Origin: a virus
Length of the DNA stretch: 64,000 nucleotides
Strand: one strand, 5' to 3'
Virus record (IMG/VR): IMGVR_UViG_3300035034_002798
Span: 64,001 to 128,000 of that record
Part shown: positions 19,701-29,958 of the stretch, piece by piece
Layout: the number at the start of each line of letters is the position of its first letter
Numbering within the stretch: position 1 is the stretch's first letter
The notes under the pieces: model-generated
Seen by the model: the letters and a program-made list of their open reading frames with translations, nothing else
What the model was told of the DNA's origin: nothing
The model's database searches: none
Translations under genes and position numbers: made by a program

Positions 19701-20132
19701 GGCACATCCAACCAACCTGTTGCTACAGATAATGAAGGTAGATTAAGAACTGTAAGCGAGCAAAATAAAGCACCTATAGATAAATACTTTGAGAAAACCT
19801 TAGATAAAGATGAATTTTCATATAAAGACTATGTAATTCCAGCAGGAGAAGAGTGGGTTATAGAAAACTTAGGGTACTCAATGTCACCTAAATGGGGACA
19901 CTGGCACGACTGGCATAAAGATTATGGACTGGAAATAGAAATGGTCTGGGATCCAGACGGTGTTGACGAAACAGTTAGAAGATTATCAGGTAACGGCAGC
20001 AACCCAGAGATAAACCTAAGACGCTCATTTATTGGAGACGGGACTAAAAAGATAAGAATAGTTGTCAGAAATAGAAGTCACGATGACGATGACCTTGTAA
20101 CTTCAGCCTGGTTCTTAGGCTACAGGAAATAA
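16749..20132 (+). CDS. Large repetitive beta-rich fibre-like structural protein
   Basis: 1127 aa; many V.N[FLWI]P..Q.V repeats and an internal duplication of about 150 aa. Confidence 0.65.
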   Translation: MAINIQGGTEDPKKVLLEFKGNQAEISEDGAIKVDSTHTIQEVSGSVDINSPVDINDPIETKELNTIRSIESMPPVKIDGAQNIVKAEIDQPITVKQNDTVLSRIVNSKVPVEGEVSVSNIPIPLNAGKDAVKIDGSIDVNNLPAVQEVDGTVTIKQETGDRLKVDANIGNTPLPVSTGTNSLDIDGEVRLKPGDELIGSVNINGRPTVDVGNLAKDANDHLQVDIVSQPTITFDEVKINPDWNGVTVTNFPDIQTVNLKENTVRLPTSIQENLKSVTAEVSNIVKVKDLSDNKHVDVNNWPAVQDIRGEVTLPSDMVDDLKVVQVDNFPAVQDVSIPDAHLDSLGRWMVKVDKMPAITIDDSTPIKVDTELTVENAQVNLDNLKSVDVIDTLTSITNPVPIDDAEPIKVDVIGIDQVTFTNSYLDTHEQNAYDDINDRFKVTVEEDLTGLRNVNVVNELLDVNVTNIPAVQTVDATGLDIRNLTAAQDHVSAQILNSSLTVDNGTQPLEVTGMVDVNNFPNVYPITNDGSPISIEGTVNSKIVSAPTIEVAPDLMKDPFPVVGTDFDIRSLTALEDTISVEGGNTNPVNIAGDVRVENLPANQDVKVTNISLDANNHVQADLLSLPAVELHADTLAALENTTVTVDNIPSNQDVTVTNINLDDLGNQQVDIVDMPSIPQGNNIIGQTRTLGYNYDELSPTENEIRVNGTGEQFTHIMNLPEVQKVDLNNVSQDADNRVNVNIDNQPTVKIDDSTPIKVDTELSVQNAEITLDNLTSVDTVDTITSITNPVPIDDSTPIAVDVIGIDTVNIEGGILDTREQNAYDTVNDRFKVSIEQEPGIRDVNVTNTVLPIEGTVEVTNIPAIQTVDATDLDIRALAAATDSVTATIDNPSLDVNLNNGILQDAAGHGQIDILDMPSITGNVVIDNLPANQDVTVSNPEARDLDGHPQVDIVNTPTVNVQNLDVIGSETDHSTSSVQVYGNDGTSNQPVATDNEGRLRTVSEQNKAPIDKYFEKTLDKDEFSYKDYVIPAGEEWVIENLGYSMSPKWGHWHDWHKDYGLEIEMVWDPDGVDETVRRLSGNGSNPEINLRRSFIGDGTKKIRIVVRNRSHDDDDLVTSAWFLGYRK

Positions 20133-20147
20133 CGGGGGAGGTATTAG

Positions 20148-20723
20148 ATGTTAGATAATCAAGTGATCGACATGGGATACTGGAAATTTAAAGAACTCTA
20201 TCAAGAAAGAAACTATCCCATGTGTTATTCAGAAAACTCAAAGGCTTACACGCTAATGATGTATGAGAGACACAGAGGATATAGATGTAAGGTAATAAAA
20301 AGCGGCTATGAAGATAGTTATATGACTGACCTAACAAGTCAGCAAGTAACAGATGTAGAAACAGACTTTAATGCAACCGGCAGCATCAAAGAGAATGCCA
20401 AGTTAGTAGAAGATATCACTAATGAGGCAGCTCTTGGTATAAACGTGAGTTCTTTTAAATACAATGCTAGCTTTAAAGAGAATCATCGTATAATCGATTT
20501 AGTACAGGACGATATCCCGTTTGAAGGTAAATGTAAATCGATCTGGTTTAAATCAGATAAAGATCTTAATTTCCAGATAAATAATGGTGATGTTATCTAT
20601 GTACATCACGGAGTAGAATATCAAGTAGAATTTGATTATAAATTAGTAAATCCAGTCTTTAACTTCACCTCTCAAAACGGTGATGGCTGGTTGAATTATT
20701 ACATTGATGGCGAGGTGTTATAA
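20148..20723 (+). CDS. Hypothetical protein (structural region)
   Basis: GGGGGAGG SD; operon context. Confidence 0.65.
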   Translation: MLDNQVIDMGYWKFKELYQERNYPMCYSENSKAYTLMMYERHRGYRCKVIKSGYEDSYMTDLTSQQVTDVETDFNATGSIKENAKLVEDITNEAALGINVSSFKYNASFKENHRIIDLVQDDIPFEGKCKSIWFKSDKDLNFQINNGDVIYVHHGVEYQVEFDYKLVNPVFNFTSQNGDGWLNYYIDGEVL

Positions 20724-21212
20724 ATGCCAGTAAGAAAAACCACTAAAGATGTAAGTTTATCTGGAAAGTATATAGACGGGACAGAAAGACAGGCTAACAT
20801 TGACCAACATGGAGCTCTTAAGGTAGTCACCCTAAACTACAAGCCCGGACGAAATATCTTAATGAAAGGTCATAAATTCACGGCAAAAGCGGCCTTTGGT
20901 CCAGATAGTCCAAGAACAACAGAGCATGTATGGGAACTGCCCTACGGTATAAACCTGCTAGGTGGAAATTTTAAAATGAAGAACGCTACTGATGGAGATA
21001 AGATAAATATATCTGTAATATATCCACAGGAAGATGGTTCTGAGATAGAGGTTAATTTTGTAGAAGACCTCTTTATCTTCCAGGGCGAGGAGTACTCTCT
21101 TAATAATGACACAAGTTTTGAGTTACCTGCGGCAACAAAGATAAAGGTATATTACACTAATACAGCAGAAAAGACCAAAGAAATATTTTACAGTTACACA
21201 CTTTATAGATAA
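20724..21212 (+). CDS. Hypothetical beta-sandwich protein
   Basis: Starts immediately after the previous stop codon. Confidence 0.65.
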   Translation: MPVRKTTKDVSLSGKYIDGTERQANIDQHGALKVVTLNYKPGRNILMKGHKFTAKAAFGPDSPRTTEHVWELPYGINLLGGNFKMKNATDGDKINISVIYPQEDGSEIEVNFVEDLFIFQGEEYSLNNDTSFELPAATKIKVYYTNTAEKTKEIFYSYTLYR

Positions 21213-21223
21213 GGAGTGAAGCC

Positions 21224-21532
21224 ATGAAAGCATTAGTCTTGTCAGGCGGCGCCTTCAGAGGTGCTGTGCACATAGGTGCTATAAAGGCACTAGAGGAAGC
21301 AGGATACAAACCAGATATTATAGTAGGAACAAGCATGGGGTCCGTAGTTGGCGGGGCTTATGCTTACGGGTATTCACCAGAAGAGATACAAGATATATTA
21401 AACGAAATAAATTGGTTCAAGATGATAGATCCAGATATAAGAGGATTTTTATCAACAGTATTACCATTTTATGATCATAAAATGGTAATACTGTTGATAA
21501 AAATCCTCTTATATCTGGATCTATCATCTTGA
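21224..21532 (+). CDS. Patatin-like phospholipase, truncated at the fold-back point (21474)
   Basis: [10 protein letters not shown] oxyanion loop and GTSMG nucleophile; residues after ...PFYD derive from the mirror arm; catalytic DG motif missing. Confidence 0.85.
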   Translation: MKALVLSGGAFRGAVHIGAIKALEEAGYKPDIIVGTSMGSVVGGAYAYGYSPEEIQDILNEINWFKMIDPDIRGFLSTVLPFYDHKMVILLIKILLYLDLSS

Positions 21533-21725
21533 ACCAATTTATTTCGTTTAATATATCTTGTATCTCTTCTGGTGAATACCCGTAAGCATAAGCCCCGCCA
21601 ACTACGGACCCCATGCTTGTTCCTACTATAATATCTGGTTTGTATCCTGCTTCCTCTAGTGCCTTTATAGCACCTATGTGCACAGCACCTCTGAAGGCGC
21701 CGCCTGACAAGACTAATGCTTTCAT
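21417..21725 (-). CDS. Patatin-like phospholipase, truncated (mirror copy)
   Basis: Identical to 21224-21532. Confidence 0.85.
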   Translation of the reverse strand: MKALVLSGGAFRGAVHIGAIKALEEAGYKPDIIVGTSMGSVVGGAYAYGYSPEEIQDILNEINWFKMIDPDIRGFLSTVLPFYDHKMVILLIKILLYLDLSS

Positions 21726-21736
21726 GGCTTCACTCC

Positions 21737-22225
21737 TTATCTATAAAGTGTGTAACTGTAAAATATTTCTTTGGTCTTTTCTGCTGTATTAGTGTAATAT
21801 ACCTTTATCTTTGTTGCCGCAGGTAACTCAAAACTTGTGTCATTATTAAGAGAGTACTCCTCGCCCTGGAAGATAAAGAGGTCTTCTACAAAATTAACCT
21901 CTATCTCAGAACCATCTTCCTGTGGATATATTACAGATATATTTATCTTATCTCCATCAGTAGCGTTCTTCATTTTAAAATTTCCACCTAGCAGGTTTAT
22001 ACCGTAGGGCAGTTCCCATACATGCTCTGTTGTTCTTGGACTATCTGGACCAAAGGCCGCTTTTGCCGTGAATTTATGACCTTTCATTAAGATATTTCGT
22101 CCGGGCTTGTAGTTTAGGGTGACTACCTTAAGAGCTCCATGTTGGTCAATGTTAGCCTGTCTTTCTGTCCCGTCTATATACTTTCCAGATAAACTTACAT
22201 CTTTAGTGGTTTTTCTTACTGGCAT
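21737..22225 (-). CDS. Hypothetical protein (mirror of 20724-21212)
   Basis: Identical translation. Confidence 0.65.
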   Translation of the reverse strand: MPVRKTTKDVSLSGKYIDGTERQANIDQHGALKVVTLNYKPGRNILMKGHKFTAKAAFGPDSPRTTEHVWELPYGINLLGGNFKMKNATDGDKINISVIYPQEDGSEIEVNFVEDLFIFQGEEYSLNNDTSFELPAATKIKVYYTNTAEKTKEIFYSYTLYR

Positions 22226-22801
22226 TTATAACACCTCGCCATCAATGTAATAATTCAACCAGCCATCACCGTTTTGAGAGGTGAAGTTAAAGACTGGATT
22301 TACTAATTTATAATCAAATTCTACTTGATATTCTACTCCGTGATGTACATAGATAACATCACCATTATTTATCTGGAAATTAAGATCTTTATCTGATTTA
22401 AACCAGATCGATTTACATTTACCTTCAAACGGGATATCGTCCTGTACTAAATCGATTATACGATGATTCTCTTTAAAGCTAGCATTGTATTTAAAAGAAC
22501 TCACGTTTATACCAAGAGCTGCCTCATTAGTGATATCTTCTACTAACTTGGCATTCTCTTTGATGCTGCCGGTTGCATTAAAGTCTGTTTCTACATCTGT
22601 TACTTGCTGACTTGTTAGGTCAGTCATATAACTATCTTCATAGCCGCTTTTTATTACCTTACATCTATATCCTCTGTGTCTCTCATACATCATTAGCGTG
22701 TAAGCCTTTGAGTTTTCTGAATAACACATGGGATAGTTTCTTTCTTGATAGAGTTCTTTAAATTTCCAGTATCCCATGTCGATCACTTGATTATCTAACA
22801 T
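22226..22801 (-). CDS. Hypothetical protein (mirror of 20148-20723)
   Basis: Identical translation. Confidence 0.65.
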   Translation of the reverse strand: MLDNQVIDMGYWKFKELYQERNYPMCYSENSKAYTLMMYERHRGYRCKVIKSGYEDSYMTDLTSQQVTDVETDFNATGSIKENAKLVEDITNEAALGINVSSFKYNASFKENHRIIDLVQDDIPFEGKCKSIWFKSDKDLNFQINNGDVIYVHHGVEYQVEFDYKLVNPVFNFTSQNGDGWLNYYIDGEVL

Positions 22802-22816
22802 CTAATACCTCCCCCG

Positions 22817-25800
22817 TTATTTCCTGTAGCCTAAGAACCAGGCTGAAGTTACAAGGTCATCGTCATCGTGACTTCTATTTCTGACAACTATTCTTATCTT
22901 TTTAGTCCCGTCTCCAATAAATGAGCGTCTTAGGTTTATCTCTGGGTTGCTGCCGTTACCTGATAATCTTCTAACTGTTTCGTCAACACCGTCTGGATCC
23001 CAGACCATTTCTATTTCCAGTCCATAATCTTTATGCCAGTCGTGCCAGTGTCCCCATTTAGGTGACATTGAGTACCCTAAGTTTTCTATAACCCACTCTT
23101 CTCCTGCTGGAATTACATAGTCTTTATATGAAAATTCATCTTTATCTAAGGTTTTCTCAAAGTATTTATCTATAGGTGCTTTATTTTGCTCGCTTACAGT
23201 TCTTAATCTACCTTCATTATCTGTAGCAACAGGTTGGTTGGATGTGCCATCATTACCGTATACCTGAACACTGCTTGTTGAATGGTCTGTTTCTGAACCA
23301 ATAACATCAAGATTCTGTACGTTTACCGTTGGCGTATTGACTATATCGACCTGCGGGTGTCCGTCGAGATCTCTTGCTTCTGGATTGGAAACTGTTACAT
23401 CTTGATTAGCAGGAAGGTTGTCGATTACTACATTACCAGTTATACTCGGCATATCTAGTATATCTATCTGACCATGCCCTGCAGCATCCTGTAATATTCC
23501 ATTATTAAGGTTTACATCTAAGCTAGGATTATCTATTGTGGCAGTAACTGAATCGGTTGCCGCTGCTAGGGCTCTTATATCTAAATCTGTAGCATCTACA
23601 GTCTGAATGGCAGGAATATTTGTAACCTCTACTGTCCCCTCAATAGGAAGTACAGTATTTGTAACATTTACATCTCTTATTCCTGGTTCCTGTTCTATAG
23701 ATACTTTAAATCTATCATTTACAGTATCGTATGCATTCTGTTCTCTGGTATCTAAGATCCCGCCTTCGATATTAACTGTATCTATTCCGATTACGTCAAC
23801 AGCTATTGGTGTAGAATCATCGATTGGTACGGGATTTGTGATCGAAGTAATAGTATCAACAGTATCAACACTTGTTAGATTATCTAGTGTAATTTCAGCG
23901 TTCTGTACTGATAGCTCTGTGTCGACTTTGATCGGAGTAGAATCATCTATTTTTACTGTTGGCTGATTGTCTATATTTACATTTACCCTATTGTCAGCGT
24001 CCTGGCTTACATTATTTAGGTCTACCTTTTGTACTTCGGGTAGATTCATGATATGGGTAAACTGCTCGCCAGTTCCATTGACTCTTATCTCATTTTCTGT
24101 AGGAGACAATTCGTCGTAGTTATACCCTAGAGTTCTGGTCTGTCCTATTATGTTATTACCCTGTGGTATGCTTGGCATATCAACTATATCAACCTGCTGA
24201 TTGCCGAGATCGTCTAGATTTATATTGGTTACAGTAACATCTTGGTTTGATGGTATATTGTCAACTGTTACTGTGGTATTTTCAAGGGCTGCCAGCGTAT
24301 CAGCATGTAATTCTACAGCCGGCAGCGATAATAAATCCGCCTGGACATGATTATTTGCGTCCAGGGAGATGTTGGTCACCTTTACGTCCTGATTTGCAGG
24401 GAGATTTTCTACTCTTACATCTCCAGCTATATTAACAGGGTTTGTGTTTCCCCCTTCAACACTTATAGTATCTTCCAGTGCTGTAAGAGATCTGATATCA
24501 AAATCTGTTCCAACTACAGGAAAAGGATCTTTCATTAAATCAGGTGCAACCTCTATTGTAGGAGCACTGACTATCTTAGAATTTACTGTTCCTTCTATAG
24601 ATATTGGTGAACCGTCATTTGTTATTGGATAAACATTGGGGAAGTTATTTACATCCACCATTCCAGTAACTTCTAAAGGTTGTGTACCGTTATCTACCGT
24701 AAGCGAGCTATTAAGTATCTGTGCACTAACATGATCCTGTGCTGCTGTTAGATTTCTTATATCTAATCCAGTAGCATCAACAGTCTGGACTGCAGGAATA
24801 TTTGTAACATTCACATCCAATAACTCATTCACTACATTTACATTTCTTAGACCTGTAAGATCTTCTTCTACAGTCACTTTAAATCTATCGTTTATATCGT
24901 CGTATGCATTCTGTTCATGAGTATCTAAATAGCTGTTAGTAAAGGTTACCTGGTCAATACCTATTACATCTACTTTGATCGGTTCTGCATCATCTATCGG
25001 TACCGGGTTGGTTATAGAAGTCAATGTATCTATTACATCAACACTTTTTAGATTATCTAAATTAACCTGGGCATTTTCGACCGTAAGCTCTGTATCTACT
25101 TTAATAGGCGTGGAATCATCAATTGTGATAGCAGGCATTTTATCTACCTTAACCATCCATCTACCTAGAGAATCTAAGTGAGCATCTGGTATTGATACAT
25201 CCTGGACTGCAGGGAAGTTATCGACCTGTACTACTTTAAGGTCATCCACCATATCACTTGGTAGTGTAACCTCTCCTCTTATATCCTGTACTGCCGGCCA
25301 GTTATTTACATCAACATGCTTATTATCTGAAAGGTCTTTTACTTTTACTATGTTTGAAACTTCTGCTGTTACACTTTTTAAGTTTTCCTGTATTGAAGTT
25401 GGGAGTCTTACGGTATTTTCTTTAAGATTAACTGTTTGGATATCTGGAAAATTGGTTACTGTTACTCCATTCCAGTCTGGATTTATTTTTACTTCATCAA
25501 AAGTAATAGTAGGCTGTGATACTATATCCACCTGAAGGTGATCATTAGCATCTTTTGCGAGATTGCCAACATCAACAGTAGGTCTTCCGTTTATATTAAC
25601 CGAACCAATAAGCTCGTCTCCTGGCTTTAATCTAACCTCACCATCTATATCCAGAGAGTTTGTACCTGTACTCACTGGTAATGGGGTGTTACCTATATTA
25701 GCGTCAACCTTTAATCTGTCACCAGTTTCCTGTTTGATAGTTACTGTACCATCAACTTCCTGGACTGCGGGCAGATTATTAACATCAATACTGCCATCAA

Positions 25801-26200
25801 TCTTAACAGCATCTTTACCAGCATTAAGTGGTATCGGGATATTGCTTACAGATACTTCCCCTTCAACCGGCACTTTTGAATTAACTATTCTTGATAAAAC
25901 CGTATCATTTTGTTTTACAGTAATGGGCTGATCTATCTCAGCTTTAACTATGTTTTGAGCACCGTCTATCTTAACCGGTGGCATTGACTCTATACTTCTT
26001 ATTGTATTGAGCTCTTTCGTCTCAATTGGGTCATTTATGTCAACAGGACTATTTATATCAACACTACCCGATACTTCCTGTATAGTGTGAGTACTGTCAA
26101 CTTTAATGGCTCCATCTTCTGATATTTCGGCTTGATTGCCTTTAAATTCTAACAAAACTTTTTTTGGATCTTCGGTGCCACCTTGTATATTAATTGCCAT
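22817..26200 (-). CDS. Large repetitive fibre-like protein (mirror)
   Basis: Identical to 16749-20132. Confidence 0.65.
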   Translation of the reverse strand: MAINIQGGTEDPKKVLLEFKGNQAEISEDGAIKVDSTHTIQEVSGSVDINSPVDINDPIETKELNTIRSIESMPPVKIDGAQNIVKAEIDQPITVKQNDTVLSRIVNSKVPVEGEVSVSNIPIPLNAGKDAVKIDGSIDVNNLPAVQEVDGTVTIKQETGDRLKVDANIGNTPLPVSTGTNSLDIDGEVRLKPGDELIGSVNINGRPTVDVGNLAKDANDHLQVDIVSQPTITFDEVKINPDWNGVTVTNFPDIQTVNLKENTVRLPTSIQENLKSVTAEVSNIVKVKDLSDNKHVDVNNWPAVQDIRGEVTLPSDMVDDLKVVQVDNFPAVQDVSIPDAHLDSLGRWMVKVDKMPAITIDDSTPIKVDTELTVENAQVNLDNLKSVDVIDTLTSITNPVPIDDAEPIKVDVIGIDQVTFTNSYLDTHEQNAYDDINDRFKVTVEEDLTGLRNVNVVNELLDVNVTNIPAVQTVDATGLDIRNLTAAQDHVSAQILNSSLTVDNGTQPLEVTGMVDVNNFPNVYPITNDGSPISIEGTVNSKIVSAPTIEVAPDLMKDPFPVVGTDFDIRSLTALEDTISVEGGNTNPVNIAGDVRVENLPANQDVKVTNISLDANNHVQADLLSLPAVELHADTLAALENTTVTVDNIPSNQDVTVTNINLDDLGNQQVDIVDMPSIPQGNNIIGQTRTLGYNYDELSPTENEIRVNGTGEQFTHIMNLPEVQKVDLNNVSQDADNRVNVNIDNQPTVKIDDSTPIKVDTELSVQNAEITLDNLTSVDTVDTITSITNPVPIDDSTPIAVDVIGIDTVNIEGGILDTREQNAYDTVNDRFKVSIEQEPGIRDVNVTNTVLPIEGTVEVTNIPAIQTVDATDLDIRALAAATDSVTATIDNPSLDVNLNNGILQDAAGHGQIDILDMPSITGNVVIDNLPANQDVTVSNPEARDLDGHPQVDIVNTPTVNVQNLDVIGSETDHSTSSVQVYGNDGTSNQPVATDNEGRLRTVSEQNKAPIDKYFEKTLDKDEFSYKDYVIPAGEEWVIENLGYSMSPKWGHWHDWHKDYGLEIEMVWDPDGVDETVRRLSGNGSNPEINLRRSFIGDGTKKIRIVVRNRSHDDDDLVTSAWFLGYRK

Positions 26201-26212
26201 TTAGATCCTCCT

Positions 26213-27199
26213 TTACTCCGTGATCGGCTCTGGTTGGAATATTATATGACTGAGCCCATCCTTATAAAAAACAGATATTGTTCCTTCTACTCTGCCGTGT
26301 GATTCATCTTCCTGTCGGTATCCTATTGTCTTACCATTTATCTTAAAATTGTTTTCATTTACTTCTTCTGGGTCAACCTCGCCAAGAACCTTAATGACGA
26401 TCGCGCCTAGGTTTAAATCAAGGTTGGAGTCGCTTTCTTCTGGGAACTGGTCAGCAAGCTCTCTTGCTGGAACATACCCGCTTTCTATTACTTCTGGTTC
26501 ATCAGCGTCGTGTTCTGTAACCTTTCCCTTTTTAAGAGTATCTATCGAAAAAGTCCAGATCTCACTCCACTTACTGGGTCTTTCTCTTGAATCAATAGAT
26601 CTAACCCTCCAGTAATACTGCCCATCTTCAAATTCTACATCTGGAGTTATGTGCTCCTTGGATATATGTGAATCTTTTTTAGGCCAGATTACTGCTCTGA
26701 AGTTTCTATCTCTTGCAACCTGTAATTCGAATCTTACTGCGCCTTCTGGTCTCTCCCAGCTGAATTCTATTGGATTTTCTGTTAAGTAACTTTCGTTGTA
26801 AGGTTCTTCAAGTTGTGGGGGATCAATGGTCTTTGAATTTTCTGTTGTAAAAGTCCAGGTGTAATTACCATAAAGACTGTTATCTAATATGTCTTTTATA
26901 CCTTGTTCCTTTTCGTTTTCTTCTAAATCACTTTGGCCTACAAGTGTTACTTGATAGGTAGTGTCTGGTTCCAATTCACCTTCTGGAACAAAATAAGCAA
27001 TTTTATCATCATAGTTAATATGACCTTCTATTGTTTCACCATTATTTTTAGCAACCTGAAACGTGGAGGTGTTAAGGGTACTAACATCCATATCTCTTTG
27101 AAAAGTTACCTTTATGTCTGTATCTAATGGTACATTTGAGTCTATCTTTCTTGGTTCAATTGCTAAGATCATCTTTGAGTTAATCGGTCTTAAAGCCAT
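26213..27199 (-). CDS. Ig-like + FN3-like virion protein (mirror)
   Basis: Identical to 15750-16736. Confidence 0.75.
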   Translation of the reverse strand: MALRPINSKMILAIEPRKIDSNVPLDTDIKVTFQRDMDVSTLNTSTFQVAKNNGETIEGHINYDDKIAYFVPEGELEPDTTYQVTLVGQSDLEENEKEQGIKDILDNSLYGNYTWTFTTENSKTIDPPQLEEPYNESYLTENPIEFSWERPEGAVRFELQVARDRNFRAVIWPKKDSHISKEHITPDVEFEDGQYYWRVRSIDSRERPSKWSEIWTFSIDTLKKGKVTEHDADEPEVIESGYVPARELADQFPEESDSNLDLNLGAIVIKVLGEVDPEEVNENNFKINGKTIGYRQEDESHGRVEGTISVFYKDGLSHIIFQPEPITE

Positions 27200-27265
27200 C
27201 TAAATCCTCCTCGTTTCCTATATGTATATATGGGGCCTCTTTTACAAGACCCCATTGTTTTGTTT

Positions 27266-27691
27266 TTATGAATCAAGAATTAAAGCAATTAGGCTGTCCT
27301 TTTTCATACTTGAATAGCCGCTTAAATCCTTTTCTCTTGCTAAGTCCTTTAAGTCTGGAACAGTTAGATCTTCCAACTCTTTTTCTGTAAAGCCTTCCGA
27401 GGTATCTTTCTCTGCCTCTTTAGACTCGTCAGTGGGGGCATCTTCTGTTTCATCTTCTTTTTCGGTGCCCGCTTTAGAATCTTCATCCTTCTCTTCCACT
27501 TTTTGCTCTAGGTCTTCAATATTGCCTTCTATCATTATGAGCGTTCCCGCTCTTAACCCCGACTTAATAGCTTTTAAGTCTGAGTCCCCGGGCACTTCCG
27601 CGACAGGGGACTGCAGTCCTAAATGTATACCAGTAAGTTCGTCATAAAAAGCAACTCGACCAGGAGCTAATCCGACTCTTGTTTTAGCCAT
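27266..27691 (-). CDS. Rho N-terminal/HeH-like protein (mirror)
   Basis: Identical to 15258-15683. Confidence 0.75.
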   Translation of the reverse strand: MAKTRVGLAPGRVAFYDELTGIHLGLQSPVAEVPGDSDLKAIKSGLRAGTLIMIEGNIEDLEQKVEEKDEDSKAGTEKEDETEDAPTDESKEAEKDTSEGFTEKELEDLTVPDLKDLAREKDLSGYSSMKKDSLIALILDS

Positions 27692-27730
27692 TTAATCTCC
27701 TCCTAGCTTTTATTTAGTATTGAGAGCTTA

Positions 27731-28807
27731 TTATACGTTTCTTACTAGCTGTGGCTCCTCGTAGGTCTCGTCAAGTGCGATATTCTTCGCTGACACAACG
27801 GCCTTTCCAGAGTCCAGTAATCCAATGCCATATCTTTCCTTAACTTTAATTGATTGGATATCTCTCCGAGGATTGTCAAAACGCTCTGTGGAGAGTGGAT
27901 CCTTGACCAGCATAATACCTACGTTATTACGGTCCAATACATACATATCAAACTTCTTGTTCTCTCTATCGATAGGCATAAATGGTGTTAAGTTAACATT
28001 TAAGTTCATTGGGATACGACCCTGTACCATAGATGGTGATAAAGTTACATCGTTTCCTTCTCCACCTAAAGCAGCTAAGTCTAACTTAGATAATGCATTA
28101 TTCTTAGCAAACATTGACCATGTTAAAGGGTGCATTAAAATATCAGTTGCTGCATACCCATTAGCCATTAATGCTAATACCATATCGATAAAGTCATTTA
28201 CTGACATAGTATCGTTTGGATTACCATCTTTTCCTAAGCCTGTAGTACCGGCTTCTGGCTGCTCACCCCTGATATCATTATCAAATAATGTGTGTCCGTG
28301 CTTTTTAAACTCATTGTAAATCTTTTCCTCTTTGAAACGAGCCATTGCCCGTCCAGCGTGGCGAATGTGAAGACCTATAGTATCCCACTGACTATCTTCG
28401 ATCATCTCATCGGTAATGCTGACCTGTAGACCAACTTTACCAACGCGAATTTCAGTACTTTTGTACTGATTAAAATCGAGATTTTCTTGAGGATATTCCT
28501 GACCTTCAGCTATATCATGCGCTCGAATCGCTGACACACTAGGAAATACCATGCTTCTACCTTCTGTTAATTGCACCTGATCAAAGAACTCGCTTGCAAT
28601 ATAATTAGGTTCTGCGGACTCTCTTAATTCACCCACAATCACTCTAGGAATAAGTACGGAAGCATCTGGTGTAGATAGAGCTTCATTTACGGAAATTCTC
28701 TCTTCCTTTAACTTGGAAGGTGAGTTATAGTCTGGGTTCATCATATCTTGGTAACGCTCAATTAAATTAAGCTTTTTTTGCTGTTCTTCGGTTAATTCTT
28801 TTGGCAC
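27731..28807 (-). CDS. Major capsid protein (mirror)
   Basis: Identical to 14142-15218. Confidence 0.88.
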   Translation of the reverse strand: MPKELTEEQQKKLNLIERYQDMMNPDYNSPSKLKEERISVNEALSTPDASVLIPRVIVGELRESAEPNYIASEFFDQVQLTEGRSMVFPSVSAIRAHDIAEGQEYPQENLDFNQYKSTEIRVGKVGLQVSITDEMIEDSQWDTIGLHIRHAGRAMARFKEEKIYNEFKKHGHTLFDNDIRGEQPEAGTTGLGKDGNPNDTMSVNDFIDMVLALMANGYAATDILMHPLTWSMFAKNNALSKLDLAALGGEGNDVTLSPSMVQGRIPMNLNVNLTPFMPIDRENKKFDMYVLDRNNVGIMLVKDPLSTERFDNPRRDIQSIKVKERYGIGLLDSGKAVVSAKNIALDETYEEPQLVRNV

Positions 28808-28882
28808 TATTCTTCCTCCTTTGAAGTTTTCTCCAATATATTATTTATTTTGTTAATCTATAATTTTGTTATTTATGATCAA

Positions 28883-29932
28883 TTACATGCGTAGTAAGAT
28901 TCTTGCAGCTCCTGTGCTTCCTTGGAAGTCCCAACCAGTTGGTAAACCAGTGTTATCCCATTGAGCTTCGGTATGTGTATAATCAGCTGTGATTGTTACA
29001 TCAGACGCGCCGATATCACTTTCTACTGTGTAAGTTACTTCGCCTTTTTCTTCATTTACTGTGTAGTTAACTGCGTCGATTGGTGCTCCGTCTGCTTTCA
29101 GTACTAATGTACCTTCAACTACTGGTGTATGATCTGTCTTGAAGACAAAGTTAGTGCCAGCTAATGTTCCAGCGGATACTGTTCCCAATTCTTCTGCTGC
29201 TACATCTTCTTTAGATAGATTATAAGCATCTGTAAGTCCAGGAATACCTGTTGCGTCCTGTCCTTCCATACCTTCTGTAGGCCAGCCATACTGAGGATCG
29301 TAAGGATACCCTTCTGGTCCTGGTGCTTCTCCTGGGTTCTCCATCTGTCTTAATACTTCGTCTGGTAACATCGCCCACTTTAACCATCCTGCAGGTGGAA
29401 TATTTTGTTCAATAGCCCATAATGTTCCTGCGATCTGTCTAATGGAGTCTGTTCCTTCTTCCCATTTCTCAAATTTACCATTGCCATTAGCCTTAACAAA
29501 GTCACCTTGTTCAAGGCTACCTGTTGCTAATCCCCAATGTACCTGAGATGAGTACTTGCTATCTGGAATATAAGGTACTTCAATGTAATTTTTGGTAATT
29601 ACTGAAGGCTGATTCCCGTCAAACCTATCGTCTGTATTCTTACTAATGTTGTATGGAGCTACACCGATTACTGGGTTTGTTCCGTCCGCGATAGTAAGTG
29701 TTGGACGATACTCACCTGTAACTGTGTCTTTAACTGGGTCGCCAATCGCACATAACTGTCCTTTTGCGATAACAACCTCTTGCTGGCCCCATCCACCATA
29801 TTCATGTTTAAATTTAACTTCTAATGTTGGGTCAACTATAAATTCTTCTGCTGGGGAATCCCCGCCAGAAACTACTAATTTTGTGTTAGAACGACTATCT
29901 GGTACCTGATTATACTGTTCAAAAAGTGGCAT
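28883..29932 (-). CDS. Head decoration/structural protein (mirror)
   Basis: Identical to 13017-14066. Confidence 0.6.
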   Translation of the reverse strand: MPLFEQYNQVPDSRSNTKLVVSGGDSPAEEFIVDPTLEVKFKHEYGGWGQQEVVIAKGQLCAIGDPVKDTVTGEYRPTLTIADGTNPVIGVAPYNISKNTDDRFDGNQPSVITKNYIEVPYIPDSKYSSQVHWGLATGSLEQGDFVKANGNGKFEKWEEGTDSIRQIAGTLWAIEQNIPPAGWLKWAMLPDEVLRQMENPGEAPGPEGYPYDPQYGWPTEGMEGQDATGIPGLTDAYNLSKEDVAAEELGTVSAGTLAGTNFVFKTDHTPVVEGTLVLKADGAPIDAVNYTVNEEKGEVTYTVESDIGASDVTITADYTHTEAQWDNTGLPTGWDFQGSTGAARILLRM

Positions 29933-29958
29933 CTATTAATTACCTCCTTGGGTTATTT

